A DNA stretch of 64,000 nucleotides from Squalus acanthias (lineage: Eukaryota). Positions 50,015-61,287 of this stretch are shown one piece after another (positions within the stretch are counted from its first letter, which is position 1; each line of letters begins with the position of its first letter). Position numbers and translations under genes: made by a program. The stretch is taken from NCBI GenBank assembly GCA_030390025.1, contig CM059433.1, positions 6,636,001 through 6,700,000 on the forward strand. The letters are read 5' to 3'. The notes under the pieces were generated by a model. It made no database searches. It saw only the letters and a list, made by a program, of their open reading frames with translations, and was not told the origin of the DNA.

Positions 50015-50779
50015 TTTAACTCTGTTTCTCTCTCCACGGATGCTGCCAGACCTGCTGAGTATTTCCAGCATTTTATATTTTAACTTATGGTGAGCAACGC
50101 GACGGGAGATATTTTAATAATCGCGGTTCTCTAAATGAGTTCAGTTTGACTAAAGAAATTTAATTTAAATAAAAAATATCTCAGCTGGACTGAATGGAAA
50201 ATTTTCGCCCATCTGTCGGAAAATGGATTTGCCCCGTTAGTTATTGCCGGGAGCACTGAGAATGGGGAACCCTTACAATCCGTTAAGTTTGAGAGGAAAG
50301 GTCAGAGATTGGATCAAAAAAAAAGTCTCGGTAACTTCATCTGAATCTCAAATCCGTAAATAGAAATTCATTAGACACGGAAAATATGGAGCCCTCGTTC
50401 ATTCGGGTCAGGAACGCGTTCAGTAACTCAGCTCCGAAGCCCCGCATTCCCAAATTTTGTGCATTTTTTTCCTTGTGTATTTTTTTTAACTTTCCCTTTG
50501 AAACGTTTTGTTCAGATTGGTGTGTTGGACAAGGTGGCTGCACATACCCTGGGCGCGGAATTTCCACATCATTCAGCCCAGGAGACCCTCCGAATGTGCT
50601 GCCGCCTCATTACTGTCCTCACTGAGTGAATGTGAGTGAGCCGCAGGGCCAGGAGACAGCAGGCTCATCACATCTGGGCCAGACTGGAAACTGCACAGGT
50701 TTTCGCGGAGGGGGATTTTTTTTTGTTGAGACCTCTCCTCTCTCCAGGCACCTCTGCAGCAGCAACAGGCACTGCTCAA

Positions 50780-51340
50780 GGGGGATTGGGCTGGGTTATT
50801 TATTATTCTGTCTGCCCCGCCCATGGGCTGGATTGGCGAGCAAGAGTCTGACGTGTAGTTGCTCTGTTAAATATTTATCCCCCAAAAAGCGGAAAAAAAA
50901 CCCCACCCCAGTAAAAAGTGAAATGTAGAGGAGGGGAAGGAATGGAGCGGCGAGTCAGCGGCGCAGCAAGTGTAGATTCGCCGTGAGAGAAGAGGACAGG
51001 ATGGGTGGCGGCAGCAGCAAGTGGAGAAGGATTTCCATGGGACCCCCGGAGCCAGGTGAGTGCAGAGAGGCGAACTGGCCGGAGGAGGAGGCGGCGGCCA
51101 GCGGCCGGGCAGGAGGGCGAGGGCGGTGACCAGCAGCGACCAGCAAAGACCGGCAGGACCGAGGGTGGAAATTCGCAGCTTCACCCCGGGACCAGGAGCG
51201 AGGACGGGCGCCAATCTCCGGCCGCCGACTGCAATATCGAGCAAGAGCTGGACCGGGCGCTGGCGGAGTGCGAGGACCGGTTCGGCAGCGACTCCAACCC
51301 TCCCAACAACCCCAGGAACCAGCAAAACCTCAGACACGTG
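50780..51340 (+). promoter_or_regulatory. CpG-island promoter / first exon
   Basis: Non-repeat GC- and CpG-rich segment, two inverted CCAAT boxes (about 50785 and 50832), GC box CCCCGCCC (about 50815), TGACGT. Confidence 0.65.
51001..51337 (+). CDS. CYS1: Putative cystin-1-like exon 1 (apparent +1 frameshift)
   Basis: MGGGSSK N-myristoylation start. The +1 frame gives a polybasic RRRRRR, EGG motifs and EQELDRALAE (compare cystin MGSGSSR, LLDELLAE from memory). Phase-0 donor CAC|GTGAGT at 51338. Recognition is tentative. Confidence 0.5.
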
Positions 51341-51861
51341 AGTTCACATGCTTTTATTTTTAAAAGAGAGAGAGACTGGATGCCGAGTGGAAATATTTAA
51401 ACCATATCAGTGGCTTTTTAAAAAAAAGTAAACGCAGTGATTTCCCTGCCGCATATTTCACTTTTAATGGGAACAGACTGTAGAAGACGTTTAATTTAGT
51501 AAAACAATATTCTTAAGAGACTTAAATAGATTTTTTTTTTAATTTCAGAAAGACATAATTCGACAGTTTAATAACTTAATTGTTTATAACGATTCGAATG
51601 TATTAAAATAGCTAAATCAATACTCTGGCTAAACTCAGTGAAATTCACGTTCAAAATTCCCGAGCCGTGAAGCAGACGTACACTCCGTGTCAAATGTCTC
51701 CATTTGCTGCGCCCGTTCTAATTCCACAACAGACTGGAAGGTTTAACTTGTATCGCTGTATCAGTAACCCATAAAATGAAGGGGGGTGAGGGGATGTTAC
51801 AAGTTTTCAAACCTAACAGCAGACATCTGCTTAATGTTACCCACGTGTCTTGAAGATTGTC

Positions 51862-52290
51862 AGCTGTGACTCAGTGGGTAGCCCACTCGCCTCTGAGTCA
51901 GAAGGTTGTGGGTTCAAGTCCCACTCCAGGGACTTGAGCACATTAAAGCTAGGCTGACACTCCAGTGCAGTGCTGAGGGAACGCTATGTACTGTCTGATG
52001 AGATGTTAAACCGAGGCCCCGTCTGCTCTCTCAGGTGGACATAAAAGATCCCTTGGCACTATTTCGAAGAAGAGCAGGGGAGTTATCCCCGGTGTCCTGG
52101 CCAATATTTATCCCTCAATCAACATAACAAAAACAGATTCTCTGGTCACATTGCTGTTTGTGGGAGCTTGCTGTGCGCAAATTGGCTGCCGCATTTCCCA
52201 CATTACAACAGTGACTACACTTCAAAAGTACTTCATTGGCTGTAAAGTGCTTTGAGATGTCCGGTGGTCGTGAAAGGCGCTATATAAATG
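51862..52290 (+). mobile_element. Near full-length tRNA-derived Deu-type SINE (SacSINE1-like)
   Basis: A/B boxes (GACTCAGTGG, GGTTCAAGTCC), Deu core, L2-like tail. Other copies at 1-56, 21205-21750, 28511-28657, 60845-61215. Confidence 0.85.
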
Positions 52291-52529
52291 TAAGTCTTTC
52301 CTTTTTTCTTTTTATTGTTTCTGAAATCATTTACCTGGTCGGGAACGCGTTAAGTAACTGAAATCTGAAGTCCCACGTTCCCTGTGTTTTGTGCACTCTT
52401 TCCTTGTGTGTTTTTGTTTACTTTCCCTTTTGAAATGTGTTCAGATTAGTGTATTAGACAAGGTGGCTACACATACACTGGGCACTGAATTTCCACATCA
52501 TTCTGCCCAGGCAACCCTCTGGGCATAAT

Positions 52530-53272
52530 GGCCCAGAAATTGATCTCGCTCTGTTCCCGCGGGGGTAAGGCTTCCCCGCGATCTCTCACTCTGCTTGTGC
52601 TTTTTCAGATCCAGCTCGCACGAACTTGATGTTCCAGACATCAGCTGGGCAGTGCTTGCGTATCCCACCGGCGTAGTGAATTCGTGCGAGCTGTGGGATC
52701 ACGTGACTCAGTTAGAGCCAATGGCAGCACACCATCTTCCATTCATAAGTTTCACATATGTGCTGTGAAATCTATGAATCTTACACCCCCCAAAATAACA
52801 GCTAAACCTCAATTAAATTTAAAAAAAAAACCATCACATTAATAAAATAAGTATAGTTAAATAAATTAACCATTTTAAATAAAAAATTAAATTTTTGAAA
52901 AAATTTAAAATCTTTTAAAAAGTTATAAAAATAAACTTACCTGTCTTTAAAGTCTCTAAAAAAGATATACCTGTTAAAAAAAATTCAAAAAAATACTTAA
53001 TTCACTACTTACCTTGTTAAAAGTGGGTCTTACTCCTCCTTTTTCCATTTCTAAAATCTTCCGTACTTACCTGCGCGTCCAAAGCATGAAGTGCACAGCG
53101 TGCGCGCAGCCTGTAGCGCGCACGCGATGCACCGAGGAACCGCCCCCTTTTCAAAAGACCAAGTGCCGGTTTTCAGCGCATGCGCAGGGCATGCAGAAAA
53201 CCGGCAATTGGAGAGAGAATACACGAGAGTACACAGTGCGTACTCTCGCGTCGCGGGATGAATTTTTGGCCC
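52530..53272. mobile_element. Harbinger-type MITE family B, copy 2
   Basis: TIR GGCCCAGAAATT / AATTTTTGGCCC, TSD AAT. Confidence 0.85.
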
Positions 53273-53380
53273 AATATCTGCTGCAGCCTCATTACTGCCC
53301 TATTGAGTGAATGCCATTGGACATCAAGGCCAGGAAACAACCGATAACATCCTGTCTGGCCGGCTGCTGCTGGCACAAAA

Positions 53381-55760
53381 CATAAGAACATAAGAAGCAG
53401 GAGTGGGCCATTTGGCCCTTCGAGCCTGCTCCGCCATTCAGTAAGATCATGGCTGATCTTCTACCTCATCTCCACTTTCCTGCACTATCACCATAGCCCT
53501 TGATTCCCTTAATATTCAAAAATCTATTGATCTCTGTCGTCTTTAATATACTCAACGACTGAGCATCCACAGCCCTCTGGGGCAGAGAATTCCAAAGATT
53601 CATCACCCTCTGAGTGAAGAAATTTTTCCTCATCTCAGTCCTAAATGGCCAACCCCTGTGACCCCTGGTTCTAGACTCCCCAGCCAGGGGAAACATCCTC
53701 CCTGCATCTACCCTGTCAAGCCCTGTAAGAATGTTGTATGTTTCAATGAGATCACCTCTCCTTCTAAACGCTAGAGAATATAGGCCTAGTCTACTCAATC
53801 TCCCCATCCCAGGAACCAGTCTGGTGAACCTTCGCTGCACTCCCTCTATGTCAAGTATATCCTTCCTTGGGTAAGGAGACCAAAACTGTACACAATACTC
53901 CAGGTGTGGTCTCGCCAGGGCCCTATATAATTGCAGTAAGACATCTTTACTCTTATATTCAAATCCTCTTGTAATAAAGGCCAACATACCATTTGCTTTC
54001 CTAATTGCTTGCTGTACCTGCACGTAACTTTCAGTGATTCGTATACAAGGACACCCAGGTCCCTCTGAACACCAACATTTCCCAATCTCTCACTATTTAA
54101 AAAATACTCTGCTTTTCTATTTTTCCTACCAAAGTGGATAACTTCACGTTTCTCCACATTATATTCCATTTGCCATGTTCTTGCCCACTCACTTAGCCTC
54201 TCTATATCCCCTTGAAGCCTCCTTGCATCCTCCTCACAACTTACATTCCCACCCAGCTTTGTCTCATCAGCAAACTTGGATATATTACATTTGGTTCCCC
54301 TCATCCAAATCATTGATGTAGATTGTGAATAGCTGAGGCCCAAGCACTGATCCTTGCGGTACCCCACTAGTTAACAGCCTGCCAACCTGAAAATGACTCG
54401 TTTATTCCTGCTTTCTGTTTTCTGTCCATTAACCAATCCTCAATCCATGCGAGTATATTACCCCCAGTCCCATGAGCCCTAATTTTGTTTAATAACCTCT
54501 TGTGTGGCACCTTATCGAATGCCTTCTGAAAATCCAAATACACCACTTCCACTGGTTTCCCCCTTATCTATTCTGCTAGTTACAACCTCAAAAAACTCTA
54601 ACAGATTCGTTAAACATGATTTCCCTTTCATAAATCAGTGTTGACTCTGCCCAATCCTATTATTATTTTCTAAGTGCCCTGTTACCACGTCCTTAATAAT
54701 AGATTCTAGCATTTTCCCCACTACTGATGTCAGGCTAACTGGTCTGTAGTTCCCTGTTTTCTCTCTCCCTCCTTTCTTAAATAGTGGGGTTACATAAGAA
54801 CATAAGAAATAGGAGCAGGAGTGGGCCATTCGGCCCTTCGAGCCTGCTCCGCCATTCAATGAGATCATGGCTAATCTTCTGCCTCAACTCCATTCACCGG
54901 CCCTATCGCCATATCCCTTGATGCCTTTACTAGTCAGAAATCTATTGACTTCTGTATTGACTGAGCCTCCACAGCCCTCTGGGGTAGAGAATTCCAAAAA
55001 TTCACTACCCTCTGAGTGAAGAAATTTCTTCTCATCTCAGTCCTGAATGGCCTACCCCTTATCCTGAGGCTGTGGCCCCTGGTTCTAGACTCCCCAGCCG
55101 AGGGAAACATTCTCCCAGCATCCACCCTATCAAGCCCTGTAATAATTTTGTTTGCTACCTTCCAACCATGGGAACCGTTCTAGAATCTATGGAATTTTGG
55201 AAGATGACAACCAATGCATCCACTATCTCTATAGCCACCTCTTTCAAAACCCTAGGATGTAGGCCATCAGGTCCAGGGGATTTATCGGCTTTCTCCAGTA
55301 CTTTTTTTACTAATATCTTTCAGTTCCTCATTCTCGCTAGAGCTTGGTTCTCCACTATTTCCGGGAAGTTTTTGCGTCTTCTTCCGTGAAGACAGACACA
55401 AAGTATTTGTTTAATTTCTCTGCCATTTCCTTATTCCCCATTTTAATTTCTCGTGTCTCAGCCTGTAAGGGACCCACATTTACTTTCTCTAATCTTTTCT
55501 TTTTTACATACCGATAGAAGCTTTTACAGTCTGTTTTTATGTCTCTTGCTAGTTTACTTTATATTCTATTTTCCCTTTCTTTATCAATTTCTTGGTCCTC
55601 CTTTGCTGAATTCCCTAATCCTCCCAATCCTCAGGCTTACTGCTCTTTTTGGCAACATTATAAGCCTCTTACTTTGATCTAATACTATCTTTAACTTCTC
55701 TTGTTATCTGCGATTGGACCACTTTTTCCTGTGGGGGTTTTTATGCCTTAAAGGAATGTA
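53381..55760 (-). mobile_element. CR1 LINE fragment with a second CR1 3' end nested at about 54793-55145
   Basis: Frameshifted RT ORFs (GNYRPVSLTS, YLDFQKAFDKVPH, KFADETK) and two CATAAGAA tails. Confidence 0.92.
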
Positions 55761-56559
55761 TATTGACCAAAAGTTCAAACAATGTATCAACAAACCAGAC
55801 GAATTGTGGTGAGGGGGTGTGGTGGTGGTGGAGGGTAGGCACACTTCCTTTCATTTCTGGAAGCAAGTTGATGCTCACTGTCCCGGGTTTCTGTGTGGCC
55901 TCACTGTTGTTGTCGGTACCAGCAGCGGCCGCCAGTAAAGCCGGGGCTCGCTTGCCGGCAGTGGGTGACGCGTCTGGCGGCTCGGCTTAACCTTCACCCC
56001 AGCAAAACTATTCTATCCCCACTTTTGGAGGCACGAGTGAGATCGCTTTTTTGACAGCATGTAAGTGGGCTTAGTGAGTATAAGCACTTTCCATTTTGTT
56101 TTCGGAGATTGTTATTCATTCAGATTAAATTAAAAGGGGCAGGGTTTCCCGCTGTTTACTGCCGTTTTTTTCGTTGGGTGGGGTGGGGGGGGGGGCGGTG
56201 AGAAGTGAGCCGGGGGTCTGTTATCCTCACATCGCCATGCACTTTATCAACCATCCAATTTTCCAACATCACTTCCGCCCGCTGCTGGTAGCACCTGCCC
56301 TCCAAATAGGCGAGCATATTTAAATCAGGTGATAATGATCTATTGACATTTTCTGTCATCACCTTTATCAATGTTGGATGCAAATCAAGCTCATTTATAA
56401 CGGGTGTGCAGCGGTGCTAGGCACTACAGAAAAGGCAGAAGTACATTTAAAGGGCACAGCAAGTGAAGCCTGGTAATAACCTCTGAACTGTTTTCTGCTG
56501 CTGACTATTGCTTTGCCATCTACCCTTGTGCCTTCTGTTGTGGAGCTCCCACTCCTTCC

Positions 56560-58170
56560 CCCATACCCTATATTACAGAGGGCACAATGGATCTCTCACT
56601 GGGAATGTGCCAGTATCCTGTATACAGTATACAGGCTGGTCAGGCACCATCGGAGCTGCATTATAACCAACCATCAGTACTCCACACTAGGACATATAGA
56701 CCAAGGTGTTCCTACCTCTACTTGGTGCCTGCAGAGGCTGCGCTTCACAAAGAAAGCCATCAGAGGGTTTTGCCAGATACTCCAACCCAACCTACAGCCC
56801 ACCTCCTCCACAGGCAGTACACAGCCAATGGCTGTAAAGGTCATAAGCTCCTTGAATGTTTACAATGGGCCGGATATTCCGATCCCTACGCTGTGTACTC
56901 ACCCGTAGGGACATTGGAAATGCCAGTTTCAGACATTCCCTGGAAACCGGCATTTCCGATCTGTCAAGAAAGCACTTGACCGATCCTCCGGCTGCCCTGG
57001 AGAAGGGCCTCTGCGGGCGGATAGTTCTGCTTTTTGGAGACCCTCCACCTGCAGAAAACCCTTACAATTCTTACGCCTCGTAAAAGCAGGTGTAAGGCCT
57101 GCTTTTACCAGGATAAGAGTTGAAAAAAAGTTGGAAAAAAAAAGTAAATTATATTTAGCCCCATAAAAAACTTTAATTATTTTTTCAAAAATTTAAATTT
57201 TTGTTTAAAATAGTTAATTTATTGTAATTTCAAGTCATTTAAAAAATGTGATTTATTTAAAGTTTTACTATGTTTTTGGGGTGATCTCCATTCATATATT
57301 TGACAGGTCTTCCCCTCATGTATGAAGGGAGATTCCCTTCTGTGATTGGCTCCCCATGGCCCATGTGATCCCAGGGACGCTGCGAACTGCCTGCGCCTCT
57401 GGGATACGTGGACCCTGCGCACCGGCAGTTTGGAGAGGCCCAGCACCAGAATTGTGCGCCTCCGGGAGCCCTCCGGTAAGGGCACAGATTTTTCCAGATC
57501 GCAGTCCTCCGCCCGCGGGAGGCCTGCAATCAGAATATCTGGGCCAATATGGTGGCCTTCCAGGCTACCATTGGGGATGTAATGCTTCTTCATGCTAGAG
57601 CAAGTCAGTTCTTCCCCATGCAGCAGCATGACAGGACACTGCAATTTTCACACTGATTGGGTTGCCCCAGATATGAAGCTCCAAGATAGCACACACATGA
57701 CCATATGTGCTGCCTTCATTAGCGCCATGACTTAACATCTACAGGAAAGAATTCACTCTCCCAGTGTCCAACTTGTTTCCAACCAGGAGCACTGCACCAA
57801 TTAAATGAGTGTCTTTTTCTGGGCAGCTGCCACCATGCCTTCATTTTAAGGCAGTCCACTGTGCCGACTGTCTTTCACCCAGAAAAGCAAGTCTCTAGGT
57901 GGAGACTGAAAGGTTAAGGCTACCCTGTACAACACTGTCCATGAGCCCTGTGTGCTTTTCCGGGACACCATCTGAGCATTGCTATAACAAGGTCCATTCC
58001 GCCACCAGAGTTTTCATAGAGCACAGTTGGAATGCTGATGGCATGCTTCAGATGCCTAGATCAGTCTGGGGTGCTCTGCAATACAGTCCAGTGAGGAGCT
58101 CCAGGATACTGGTGATGTGCTACCTGCTGCACAACTTTACCTTTCAAAGAGGCCACGTCATTGGAGACCC
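56560..58170 (+). pseudogene. Decayed Harbinger (HARBI1-like) DDE transposase, split by a MITE
   Basis: CLQRLRFTKK..LQPNLQP..AVKV..LN, FQATIGD, YNKVHSATRVFIE, GALQYSP..ILVMCYLLHNF, with stops and frameshifts. Confidence 0.8.
56867..57545. mobile_element. Harbinger-type MITE, family B-related
   Basis: TIR GGGCCGGATATTC / GAATATCTGGGCC, TSD AAT. Confidence 0.85.
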
Positions 58171-59480
58171 GGGAGAAGAAGGGCACCCAAGGGCAGGAGA
58201 GAGAAGCAGCAGCCTGAAGAGACTGGGGCCAGCAGGCAGGGAAAGCAATTTGATTACATTTAACATGTAAAATTTACCTGACTCAAGGGAGCGAAATAAC
58301 AAAAAGGCAATGGACCTGGGTAACTCAGACCACTGAAGCACCTAGTGGCAAGAGGCTAGCAACTGCAGTGTGACAGAGAAATAGAATTTTACCCAAGATG
58401 TTTTCCGTTGCAACATATTGATGTATTATTTTTCCATTATAAGTGTTGACATAAAAAGCATGACAGAAAAATTAGGACAATGTGAGGTAAGGGTCAATAT
58501 GCACAGGATGTGTGCATTGTGTGCAAAACTTTATATTAAAAAAAAAAATTACTCCTAAAATGCACCAAATAAATTGTGAAAAATCAAAATGCTCTGGGAG
58601 AGCGTGCTCCAGACCTCTTTCCCCTCCCACGCCCCCCTTCCTGAAAATAAATACTATACATGAAGTAAACTTACTCCTACAATTGCCACTAGACTACTGG
58701 CTATAATGTAATCCTGAGGTAAAGGTAGTTGTCCTTCTTTAGGAAACTCCTCTCTAACTTTAAGTGTGTTTCAATATTGTACACACACAATCTTATGACA
58801 AGTGCTTGGAACCAAGTATTATATTGTAGATGTACACCTTGTATCATTGACTTTTCATCATTGGCAGCATTTCTGAATTCAGTGTCCTTACCTCAGATGC
58901 ATGAATAACATTACCATGCAATTGATCTGCTTTTTAATTTACTTTGGGATCATATCTGCCAACCAGTCTATCCAACATGGACCATGCGCTCCGCTCCATC
59001 AATACAACAGTGGTGCCCACCATCATGGAGCCTCTCCTGACCGCTCTCGCAGCTGCCATGGAAACTCGGACGGCTGCCAGTTTGACTTTGGGGGGCCACT
59101 GTAGACAGGGGTGGGGGGCTTCCAGAGCGGCACATCACTCCTGCGCTCTATTCGCGCGCAGATCCGCAGGAGTGATGGGAGGTGCAGTCCCAGGAGAGTG
59201 ATCTTGGCTCCATGGGAGATGCACCTGCTGGGGTCTCACAGGATGACGGCATGCCTGCTTCCCTGCCACCAACTCTGCCAGTGCGCTTGTTAGTGCCACA
59301 CAGCCGGGCCCTCAAGGCCCACAGCCGCTCGAGATCCCTCGCTACTATGCTATCTGAAGTGTCCTCAATGGAAGCTCAGACGCCTCCTACCTCCCAAGCT
59401 GTAGCCACTGGGAAAACACTTTGAGAGCACTAGGATAGGTAAATGGTTAAAGAAGATGGGCACCGAGGGCTTGCACGAGG

Positions 59481-59800
59481 GCAACACGGTGGCATAGTGG
59501 TTAGCACTGTTGCCTCACAGCGCCAGAGACCCGGGTTCGAATCCGGCCTCGGATGACTGTCTGTGTGGAGTTTGCACATTCTCCCCGTGTCTGCGTGGGT
59601 TTCCTCCAGGTGCTCCGGTTTCCTCCCACAGTCCAAAGATGTGCGGGTTAGGTTGATTTGGCTATGATAAAATTGACCCTTAGTGTTAGGGGGGATTAAA
59701 TACGTGGGGTTACGGGGATAGGGTGGGATATGTGTCGGTGCAGGCTCGATGGGCCGAAATGGCCTCTATCTGCACTGTGGGGATTCTGTGATTCTGTGAT
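59481..59800 (+). mobile_element. V-SINE (HE1-like), full length
   Basis: tRNA head, V core and (ATTCTGTG)n tail. Confidence 0.9.
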
Positions 59801-60009
59801 TCATAATTATTTCTGTTAACTATTCGCTACAGATGAAATTGAGTTGTTTGATAAATTTTGTTTTTTTGTTCTGGATTTGGTATTGGTGTTTATATTTGTG
59901 ATGAAATGAGGACAAGATCCATAAGGCTAGACAGAAGGAAGGCAATCGGATGGTGCTAGTAAAGACCATGGGAAGGATTGTGGAACTGTTGGTGTATTGG
60001 GGATGGGTT

Positions 60010-60215
60010 GGGTGACGCGCTCTTCGATGAGCTGCTCTCTCTGAGCTCTGGTAGCTAGGGAGCACTGGTGATCAATGCCTCTCCTGCTCTTCCTCCTCCA
60101 CCTTCTGCACTTTCTGCTGTCCAGGTGGTGGTAAGGACTGGTCCCTCGTGATGGCAGAGTTATGGAGCATGCAGCAGATGACCACAAATCTGGATACCCG
60201 CTGAAGTGTGTAATG
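60010..60215 (-). pseudogene. Harbinger transposase C-terminal remnant
   Basis: The - strand encodes RVSRFVVICCMLHNSAITR followed by an acidic tract. Confidence 0.7.
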
Positions 60216-60422
60216 CAAATCTTCTCCTAAAGTTTTTCGTTCACCCCTCCCAGTATCTCCTCCTCAGGCTCAGTGTCCATTTTTTCCTTGCGCCTCTATG
60301 AAGCGCCATGGGATATTTTTGCTATGTTAAAAGGCACTATGCAAATGCAAGTTACTGTGTAAATTAAGTGGATGTTTACAAGCTTCATCTAATTTGTGCA
60401 TAATTTTCTTTTAACTTTCCAG

Positions 60423-60475
60423 GATTTACTCACTATAAGTACACAGGACATAGAAAATAACAACTTTGCAAATGG
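60423..60475 (+). CDS. Candidate exon 2 (53 bp) of the cystin-like gene: DLLTISTQDIENNNFAN(G)
   Basis: Strong acceptor TTTTCTTTTAACTTTCCAG, donor GG|GTAAGT, open in phase 0 matching the 51338 donor. Confidence 0.6.
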
Positions 60476-61287
60476 GTAAGTTGTGTATAAACATGCCAGC
60501 CTGAAACACTGTTGTGGGACCTTGGAAAGCTAAATATCTTCTTATTCAATATGGAGATTGGGGTTCAGTCTCTCTCCACATTGTCCTCCGAATTACCTTA
60601 GTCCGTGTTAATAGCAAGTATGTTATTAACCATTCAGTTAATTTTTATCTCCACAGCTCTCCCAAGTATAAACATTTTAAAATAAGAAGTTTAGGATGAA
60701 ACTTAAATGAGAAGTTTGTGTGCTTTCCTGCAGTTAATGCTATGCTACAAAAATACAAATCAATTAAGTGCCAGAAAGTTAGGGAACTAAATTTTAAGTA
60801 GCTTATTGGCAAGAGTTTAGCACGTAGTCTTGTTTGGGCGGTAATCTAGGCTGACACTCCAGGGCAGTACTGAGGGAGTGCTGCACTGTCAGAGGTGCAG
60901 TCTTTCAGATGAGACGTTAAACCGAGGCCCCGTCTGCTCTCTCAGGTGAACTTAAAAGATCCCCTGGCACTATTTTGAACAAGAGCAGGGGAGTTATCCC
61001 CGGTGTCCTGGTCAATATTTATCCCTTAATCAACATCACTAAAAACAGATTAACTGGTCATTATCACATTGCTGTTTGAGAGAGCTTGCTGAGGGCAAAT
61101 TGACTGCCGCGTTTCCTACATTACAACAGTGACTACACTTAAAAAGCACTTCATTGGCTATAAAGCGCTTTGGGATGTCCTGAGGTAGTGAAAGGCGCTA
61201 TATAAATGCAGGTCTTTAATTTTTCAAGATAGAGCACAAAGTCTTCTGACAAGGGATGGAAATCACTTCACACAAAGATAAAAGAAG

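Noticed and set aside
59481..59555. tRNA gene
   Set aside because: tRNA-derived SINE head running into the V core. The same applies at 43785 and 51862.
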